64,000 nucleotides of DNA from Rhynchopus sp. YZ270_cl-10 (Eukaryota): NCBI GenBank assembly GCA_964035575.1, contig OZ037843.1, positions 372,001 to 436,000 of the forward strand. The letters are read 5' to 3'. A program made the position numbers and the translations under genes. Every line of letters begins with the position of its first letter. Position 1 is the first letter of the stretch. The notes under the pieces were generated by a model. That model did no database searches. It had not been told where the DNA came from and was given only the letters and a program-made list of their open reading frames with translations. Positions 57,007-64,000 of the stretch are shown piece by piece.

Positions 57007-59616
57007 TCAGTGCAGATCCACAACGTACGGTGCATAAGCCTTCGCCTCCACATAGCCCATAAGCTCTTCGTAAGGTGTGCGTTGGTCCTGAGCGACGCTG
57101 TCCAGCAGAGAAGACGCCTTCTCAAAGTCCTGTTTGATGATGTGCTCGAAGACCTCGTTCCACAGTGCGTGCGGGTTGTTTGAGGCAGACTCCAGCTGGT
57201 ACATCCACTCCTCGTTTTCGCTGCTGCACAGACCCTTCACAGCAAACACAGTCTGCACCTTGTCACTCAACTTCTCGTACAGCACAGCACCTGCACAACG
57301 GAGCACCACCTGTCCCTCAGCCTCACGTGACACGGTAAGGTCGATGACACCAGGCAGGTTGTGCTTCTTGTTCCAACGCTCAAGCACAACCACCCACGAC
57401 ATGGACTGCGAAAGAATCGACACCTTCTTCATCCCGTTGCAACCCATGTTCCCGACACGTGCTTCACCTGTCGTGCATCCATACGAGATCTTGTGCACAT
57501 CGCCAAGTTCTGATGCTACTTCGTGTGCAGCCTTCACACAGGCAACACCGTGCGACGACTTCGGAACAAAGGCGTTGAAGGTGGCAAGCATCTTGTCGCC
57601 AGCAAACGTGTCGCACACACCCTTGTTGTGCTGCACTGCTGTCAGCATCCTCTCAATCACACCTGCGTGTGCGGAGAGCACCTCTGCGTCCTTGTGCCTC
57701 TTGCAGAAGGCGTGCCACGACACGACGTTCATGTGTGCCAGCGACACCTTCTTCTTCTTCATCCCTTCCACACGCAGCAGTGCCTTCTGGTTCTGCACAA
57801 CGACGGAGCTAGAACTCGCACGCGAGCGGGACACGCCTGACAGCGACGTCGTCTCCGGTGAGGACTTTGTCATGGATATTTCCTCTTTGTCACTGTCGTT
57901 GACAAGCACACTCTGCGGCATGTAGTTCCGGTACTCCACCAGGTTCGCCACCATGGTAACAAAGCTGCGCTGCATCACCCCCACTTCACTCAGCTGCGAC
58001 ACTGCACGGCCCGTGTCCACAGCCTCCAGGTCCATCACAGCCACACTTGCCATCTCACTCCCAAGCTTCAGCAGAGGTGACGTGATGTAACGTGTGAACA
58101 CAACAGCAATGGCAAGAAGTCCGATGACCGCAACAGCCGTCACAATCACCATCACAGTCACCGCATCCTCCTTCTGTGCGTCTGCAGAGGACAGATCTGA
58201 TGCCACCTTCGCACGGATTGCATTCGTCGACGCATCAACCGAGTCCATCACAGACGCCCGAGGCACAAGAAGGGTTGAATACCAGAAGATTGTTATGTGT
58301 TCGATTTTCGATGTGATTGTCCAGAACTCCGTGCCGTTCGAGTCAGACCACTTCAGGAAGGAGTCCTCTGTCTTCTCCACAAGGTCTTTGTAGTTCTGCG
58401 GGTGTGAAAACGCAAACCGCCCGTGCTCTGCAATCACTGAGGGGATGTGCGACGTCGCGTCTTCCATCGAGTGGTTCGTTATGTTGATGCTGTGTGCAAC
58501 TTCCACGTAGGCACCCACGTCTCTCAGGGTTCTCACGTGCGTCACGTGCCGTCCTCTGTTGTACGCCACAACTGTCCCCACTGATCCAGATGCACGGTCG
58601 TCATCCACCAGGTACAACGACGTGCCGGTCGGGAGCAGCTGTGCACGCACCACATCAGACACCCCTTTCGCAGTCACGGTGGCAACCACTGAACCCACAC
58701 GTTTGCCCTGCTTGGGGTGCATCGTGTACATATCTGGGTGGGTATAGGTGTAGCTCAGCTCCCAGGACATGTAGTCCCACTGCACCTGCATGCTGGAAAA
58801 AACAAGCGTGTCCACAGGGTTCAGTGGTGGATCATCGGCACCCAGGTACCACATCTGTCTCCCACGTTGGGCAACCATCGGGTCGCCCACGGGTTCGACA
58901 ATAGAGATGGGGTATATGCACAGTCCAAGCAACTCGCCTTTGTTCTGGTCAAGTTGCGGGTTGCACGGCTGTGAGGGGTTTCTGATGTCACCCAGCTTGT
59001 TGCTTTCTGTGAGGACAGCATAGTCGGAAAGTCCCTCTGCCAGCGTCACGTGGTCACGTGTAGAATACAGCGCGATAAATCTGGTGTCATTTGCCGCTAG
59101 GGGAGCGCTCCCATCATACAGTGTCCTATATCCAAGCCGCGAGCCCCACCCTGCGAACCCGTCACCCCTCTTCCACGGAACAGGATGTGCCGCACACCAC
59201 GGGTACGCTTCATGACCGAACTGTAGAATTCCAGACGCCTTCCCAGCCATATAGGCAGACATAACAGCAGGACGCAAATGGGAAGCTGCAAAGGCAGGGT
59301 TCGTGCTCACGTTTGGGTGGTGTGCCTTCGCCAAGTTGACAAGAGATATCACCAACTGCTCAGGCACCTTCAGGTACTCCTTCACTTCCGTGTCCACGTT
59401 GCCAAGGACTGAGCGCAGGTAGCGTGCCGAGACCGTTTCAATGTCCGCCGTACCACTGTCGAGACACATCCCGAAGCCCTCGTCACCTGTGTCACGTGCC
59501 TTCTCCAGAAGGTCGTCCCATGTTGACAGAGTGAAGCCACCGATGATCGCACCTGTCGACAGAATCAGCACCACACACAGCAGTATTGTCAGCGACTGGA
59601 TGCCACATGCCACCAT
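57007..59616 (-). CDS. Receptor-type cyclase-like protein A4 (most divergent ectodomain), 869 aa
   Basis: Paralogue of A1-A3; intact ORF. Confidence 0.85.
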   Translation of the reverse strand: MVACGIQSLTILLCVVLILSTGAIIGGFTLSTWDDLLEKARDTGDEGFGMCLDSGTADIETVSARYLRSVLGNVDTEVKEYLKVPEQLVISLVNLAKAHHPNVSTNPAFAASHLRPAVMSAYMAGKASGILQFGHEAYPWCAAHPVPWKRGDGFAGWGSRLGYRTLYDGSAPLAANDTRFIALYSTRDHVTLAEGLSDYAVLTESNKLGDIRNPSQPCNPQLDQNKGELLGLCIYPISIVEPVGDPMVAQRGRQMWYLGADDPPLNPVDTLVFSSMQVQWDYMSWELSYTYTHPDMYTMHPKQGKRVGSVVATVTAKGVSDVVRAQLLPTGTSLYLVDDDRASGSVGTVVAYNRGRHVTHVRTLRDVGAYVEVAHSINITNHSMEDATSHIPSVIAEHGRFAFSHPQNYKDLVEKTEDSFLKWSDSNGTEFWTITSKIEHITIFWYSTLLVPRASVMDSVDASTNAIRAKVASDLSSADAQKEDAVTVMVIVTAVAVIGLLAIAVVFTRYITSPLLKLGSEMASVAVMDLEAVDTGRAVSQLSEVGVMQRSFVTMVANLVEYRNYMPQSVLVNDSDKEEISMTKSSPETTSLSGVSRSRASSSSVVVQNQKALLRVEGMKKKKVSLAHMNVVSWHAFCKRHKDAEVLSAHAGVIERMLTAVQHNKGVCDTFAGDKMLATFNAFVPKSSHGVACVKAAHEVASELGDVHKISYGCTTGEARVGNMGCNGMKKVSILSQSMSWVVVLERWNKKHNLPGVIDLTVSREAEGQVVLRCAGAVLYEKLSDKVQTVFAVKGLCSSENEEWMYQLESASNNPHALWNEVFEHIIKQDFEKASSLLDSVAQDQRTPYEELMGYVEAKAYAPYVVDLH

Positions 59617-61456
59617 TGTTTGGAGGTGTACAGAAAGGGGAGAGAGTATCTGAGGATGTGTGGTGTGGTGGATGCCTTGTGAGGGTAACTCTTGTGCAGA
59701 ACATAGCTATTGTGTGGTGTTGGGGGCAGTAATGCAGCACAAAAACATAACTTAGCTTAGCAACGAAATCACCGAAGATAGGAACACACAACACTGCACG
59801 TCCCAGAAGGAACTGGTGTGCTGGTGTGCCACACCCACCCGCCTCCACCCACGCCTTCGCAACGTCCGTGTCGCGGCACTCACCACGTAGGTACCCACGC
59901 ACCACTGTGTTGTAGTCCTCCCAATGCTTCTTCCCACCTATCTGGTACATCCACTCGTCAACCACAGTTGCAACTGCTACTTCTTTCGAAACCAGCTCAG
60001 CCACAACCTCAGGTTCGCAGTCTCGAGCAACCCCCACCTTGCACGGAAGCAGACGCAGGTTGTGTTCGCACTCAGCGTCGCTGAAGCAAAGACGGTTGCA
60101 GACAACGTCGCACCCCAGCATACGTCCTGCACGTTCCATCCCGTGCACGTCACGCACAAGTGTCCCCACCATGCTGAAGCGGCGCATCACATCACAACCC
60201 ATGTCACCACGCAGCACCTTCCCCATTGCAACACCCACGTTCACAGAGGCTGCCAGGCCAGCTCTCATGAGCATGCTTGCTGCGTGCAGTGCTGAGGTTG
60301 CGTGCGACACACACGGCTTCGACGCGTTGAACGAGCAGTGGATCCTGTCCCCAACAAAGACGTCCACCATCCCACGTCTGCTGTCTGTTGCCTGCAGGGT
60401 CTTCAGAAGAACAGTTGTGAAGAGCTGCGAGAAGCGTGCACTGTCCTCCTCCAGGCGGCGCAGGGTGTCTTTGATGTTCAGTGTCAGCAGTGTTGCCTTT
60501 GTGGATGATAGCAGGAGAGGCTGTGCGCGAGCAACTGCAGCAGACGTGTTCGATGTTGACGCTGACAGTGTGCTTGGGTCGGCACTGACAGTTGCATCCA
60601 GCTCACTAGTTTCCACATCTTCAAACGGCAGACACGTCTGCGGGAGGTACGCCTTGTACACACGCAGGTTCTGCTCCAACTTCCGCAGTGCTGCCACCAT
60701 CCCCTCAGGCAGCTCACCACCGTGTTCCTCCAGCAGCTCCGCCACCTTCTCCACGTCGTAGCCAGCAAGGAGCGAGGCGATGTCCTGCACTGTTGCGATT
60801 GTGCGCTGCATTGATGCCTGCTCCTTCAGGAGACCACGTGCAAAGCCTCGCGTTGCGACGAAGTCAAGAACAAAGATGGAACAGGCAGTCACAAGGTTGT
60901 TCACAGCATCCATCTGCTTGCAAGGCAGCACATCACAGTCACCCATATCACGTAAACGGGAACGACGGTCCTCCTGGGTCACAAGCCCGGGCATGTCGAA
61001 CAGACCAAACCTCCACGTTTCTTCTGCAGTGATGATGACCAAATACACCAGTGTGCACACCACGACACCTGTACTGTACTGTGTGGGCACCTGCAATATC
61101 AAGAGAAAGTCCACCACAAGCACCATCATTGGCCACGAGGACAGATACTCAGAACGGGCACTCATGTCCATGCACAGCGTGAATGTGCAGCACGCCATGC
61201 ATAGGCCAACGATGATGTGCGTCGTTAGCGGACACTTGCACAGAGTGAACACAATCCCAAAGGAAGTAACCAGACAGGCCCCGACGACACACGCCAGGTA
61301 AATATAGGCCTCGCGGATGGCCAGCAGCTGAGAACCCAAAAACACGGCACACCCCACGAAGCCTATGACACTGAAAGCAAAGAAGAGCTTTCGTATATGT
61401 CTGCTCTGCATGTCCAGTGTCCCGTCAAGCGACAGTGCACGCTCGAGACAGCCCAT
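59492..61456 (-). CDS. Family-B multi-pass membrane protein with degenerate class III cyclase domain (ancestral stop probably 59769-59771)
   Basis: About 5-6 N-terminal hydrophobic segments, a coiled coil, then VDVFVGDRIHCSFN, VLRGDMG and DEWMYQI. A 1-nt deletion near 59815 relative to the 29485 paralogue extends the ORF over the A4 start. Confidence 0.8.
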   Translation of the reverse strand: MGCLERALSLDGTLDMQSRHIRKLFFAFSVIGFVGCAVFLGSQLLAIREAYIYLACVVGACLVTSFGIVFTLCKCPLTTHIIVGLCMACCTFTLCMDMSARSEYLSSWPMMVLVVDFLLILQVPTQYSTGVVVCTLVYLVIITAEETWRFGLFDMPGLVTQEDRRSRLRDMGDCDVLPCKQMDAVNNLVTACSIFVLDFVATRGFARGLLKEQASMQRTIATVQDIASLLAGYDVEKVAELLEEHGGELPEGMVAALRKLEQNLRVYKAYLPQTCLPFEDVETSELDATVSADPSTLSASTSNTSAAVARAQPLLLSSTKATLLTLNIKDTLRRLEEDSARFSQLFTTVLLKTLQATDSRRGMVDVFVGDRIHCSFNASKPCVSHATSALHAASMLMRAGLAASVNVGVAMGKVLRGDMGCDVMRRFSMVGTLVRDVHGMERAGRMLGCDVVCNRLCFSDAECEHNLRLLPCKVGVARDCEPEVVAELVSKEVAVATVVDEWMYQIGGKKHWEDYNTVVRGYLRGECRDTDVAKAWVEAGGCGTPAHQFLLGRAVLCVPIFGDFVAKLSYVFVLHYCPQHHTIAMFCTRVTLTRHPPHHTSSDTLSPFCTPPNNGGMWHPVADNTAVCGADSVDRCDHRWLHSVNMGRPSGEGT

Positions 61457-62668
61457 TGTGCACTGTGGTGTGTAAAGGTGTTCCTGTATAAATAGAATCA
61501 GACTTCAAAATATGTGAATAAAAAGAAAGAACAGTTTCAGAAGATGTCCGATGTTCAGTCTTGCAGAACACAAAGAAACGACAGTAGAGATTGCACAACT
61601 GTGGCAACACAAACCGAGGCAACTAGACTCCAACAATTTATCAGAAAAGTAAAAAAAAGAGTTGAAATACAAAGCCCTCTCGTGAACAGTGTACCTTGCC
61701 TTGGTATAATGACCGGGGTGTAAAAAAAAATCTGTCGTTCTGCAAATTAGTCGAGGTCGGGGTCATTGAGTACATCACACAGGGGTAGTGGCTACGACAG
61801 TATCAATTTTTCGCTCCAATCGGGCAGCCTGCAGCTCCCCAGGACACGTGGAAAAGGTCCATCGTCTTGAGCCAGGAGTTCATCGTGTGGAAGGGGGATG
61901 TTGTTGAGGCCTTGGGGAACGCGGAAGGCGTGGTGGCGGAGGCAGAAACTTTTTCGGAGCTGCGGTGCGCGTACATGCTACGGGGTTAGAAATAAGGGCC
62001 CAGGGGAATTGGGAGGACTGCTCGAAGGAGAATGTGGATCTCCTCAGTGGAATGGCTCGGGCCTCCTTGGCCCCAGAATTTCGGTGTTTGGTCGAGCGTG
62101 TGAAGACCCCCCACCAGTCCCCTGGTGGGGTCGAGTGATGCGAAAACGTTCTGCACCAGCAAAAAGACGGCTATTTGTGCAAAAACGAAACAGTTGGCCC
62201 AGGAGCACATGGTTGACGATGACGTCACATTTGTGAGTCCTACAAAAGTCTGACAAAATTGCGATCTTTTTTTCCTTTTTTGCAGATGCATCGAGCTTCT
62301 GAAGCATAGATTACGGAACAGACCTGTTGCTTAAACAGTGTTGAAAATCGGAAACTACTCTCCAGAATGACGAAGCTTTATCAGCCGAGGCTGACTTCAC
62401 CCGAGTGAAGCTGGAGTGCAATGAAGCCAAATAACGGTGAAGTGATGATCTGTGGTTTTCACCGTTGGCTTACAACACGCGAAACACCACAAGAAAAACT
62501 TTGCTTCACCGTGTGGCTCCAGATCAGAGACTTTACGTGGGAGCGAAATCTGGACAATGCAGACTGCATACGTGGCAGCTACATTAATACAACAGATTTG
62601 TCAAAAAAAAAGGGATGATGTAACATAACACAATGAGCCCACCGTCTGTGCGGAGGACTGTAAAAGTT

Positions 62669-62966
62669 CAGGCACTCCGCTAGGTACTAAAGTTCTGTTG
62701 ATTGTCAACAGAACTTTTTGAAAATGGGGGAAAAAAGAAAAAAAAAAAAAGTTCTGCTAAGTGGTTCAGACCCGTTCTACCTGTCAAAAAAGCTCAGGAG
62801 AAGAAGATATGGAGAGGTGAGTGCTCAAACGTCCCAAAAAAGTCAAAATCGGGCGTTGGTAAAAAAAAAAGTTGCGTACCGTGCGCCTGCGGCGCAAGCA
62901 TGTACCCCACCAACGTGGACCATCAACAGAATATTTTCAAAATCGGAAATCCTAGCGGAGAGCCTG
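62669..62966. mobile_element. hAT-type MITE, 8-bp TSD
   Basis: TAAAAGTT|CAGGCACTCCGCTAGG ... CCTAGCGGAGAGCCTG|TAAAAGTT. Confidence 0.88.
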
Positions 62967-63245
62967 TAAAAGTTGCAAAAAAAAAAAAAAAAAACTAAAA
63001 CACGAAGTTGCCGAGGCATGGCAACTCTAATGAGCGAGCTCTAGACACAGTAAAGCACAAAAAATAAACACAAAGCACACGAAAAACGTTACCTGGAGGA
63101 GGGGGTATATTTTTTTTGGGAAAGCCCGAGCACAGATATCCGTTGTCGGTACCACCACCTTTAACACTTGGTCCAAAATTGATCATAAAATACACAAAAA
63201 AATAAAATCCTCTCTCTCTCTCTCTCCTCCCCGTTCTCCTTTTTT

Positions 63246-63998
63246 TCACAGTCTCGCCTCCGTTTTGTATGTAAACACAAACCCTTCCAGGGTGCGTTTG
63301 GCGTGTTCAGTGCGTTTCGCGTACTCTGTTCCGTAGTACGCAAGAGCCCCCGGGGCTGCGGCCCCGTTTGTATTGAAGTAGGAGAAGCAGTCGCGGAAGA
63401 TAGCAGACGCCGTGTCAGCGTCTGCACAGTGTTTTGCGTAGGCGGTCTCTGCGGCGGGGGTGACGTCTACTGATGCAACGTTCTTCTCGCGCATCAACGA
63501 CAGCATCCACACCACGTAGTCAGCATGCTCAACCAACGTCTCAGTAAAATTAAAACTCCCTCCCCCACCCTGCGGGCCTGCCACCACAAACAAATTCGGA
63601 TAGCCCGCAGTATGCACCCCAAGATACGTCTTGGTCCCCCCAGCCTTCCACTTCTCGCTCACCGACACCCCATTTGCGTCCCGCACGTTCCCAAACATTG
63701 CGGCAGCCATCCACTGAAACCCGGTAGCATACACAATGATGTCAAGAGGATAGTGGTGACCATTGTGGTTCACCCCGTTCTCATCAATGCTGGACACTCC
63801 GGTGGGTGCGGTGTCGATGAGGGTGACGTGGGGGAGGTTGAAGGTGGGGAGGAACGTGTCGTGGAAGGTCGGGCGCTTGCAGCCGTATTTGTAGTAAGGC
63901 TTGAGAGAGCGCGCGGTGTCTGGGTCGTGCACGACAGCGTCGACGCGGCCACGGATCTGCTCCATGATGCGGAAGTTCGCGTCCAAGCTTCGCTGCAG
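63246..63998 (-). CDS. Baeyer-Villiger / cyclohexanone monooxygenase-family flavoprotein, C-terminal part (5' end outside window)
   Basis: LKPYYKYGCKRPTFHDTFLPTFN, DIIVYATGF, TYLGVHTAGYPNLF, CFSYFN. Frame is open to the window edge. Confidence 0.88.
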   Translation of the reverse strand: MQRSLDANFRIMEQIRGRVDAVVHDPDTARSLKPYYKYGCKRPTFHDTFLPTFNLPHVTLIDTAPTGVSSIDENGVNHNGHHYPLDIIVYATGFQWMAAAMFGNVRDANGVSVSEKWKAGGTKTYLGVHTAGYPNLFVVAGPQGGGGSFNFTETLVEHADYVVWMLSLMREKNVASVDVTPAAETAYAKHCADADTASAIFRDCFSYFNTNGAAAPGALAYYGTEYAKRTEHAKRTLEGFVFTYKTEARL

Positions 63999-64000
63999 AT

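Noticed and set aside
26661..57925. Recurrent ~265-aa plus-strand ORFs (26661, 38589, 50474, 57134)
   Set aside because: Antisense to the cyclase-like domains and conserved only because the sense genes are near-identical.
1..64000. tRNA, rRNA or spliced-leader RNA genes
   Set aside because: None recognised by eye; tRNAscan-SE/Infernal would be needed to exclude them.

Overview
Eukaryotic, transposon-rich DNA, most consistent with a euglenozoan such as a diplonemid. This is an inference: all host genes are co-oriented on the minus strand, introns are few and GT-AG, and '[DE]EWMYQ' cyclase-like paralogues are expanded. Host genes in coordinate order: actin-like protein (1 intron), an 8x RanBP2-zinc-finger PARP, a USE1-like SNARE (1 intron), a secreted GH63-like glycosidase, a cytochrome P450, four tandem receptor-type pseudo-cyclases (A1-A4) with variable ectodomains, a multi-TM pseudo-cyclase family (one near-intact copy, two pseudogenes), formimidoylglutamase (hutG-like) and a truncated Baeyer-Villiger monooxygenase. 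The only long plus-strand coding gene is the intact transposase of a 3.8-kb hAT element with a 5-bp TSD, supported by paralogous empty sites. Spacers hold nested MITEs with TSDs of 2-9 bp, two essentially identical 2235-bp Mutator/foldback-like elements, Crypton-like hairpin elements, an insertion with a ~230-bp target duplication, a hammerhead-like core and a ~250-bp satellite with higher-order structure. All calls are by eye, with no database searches.
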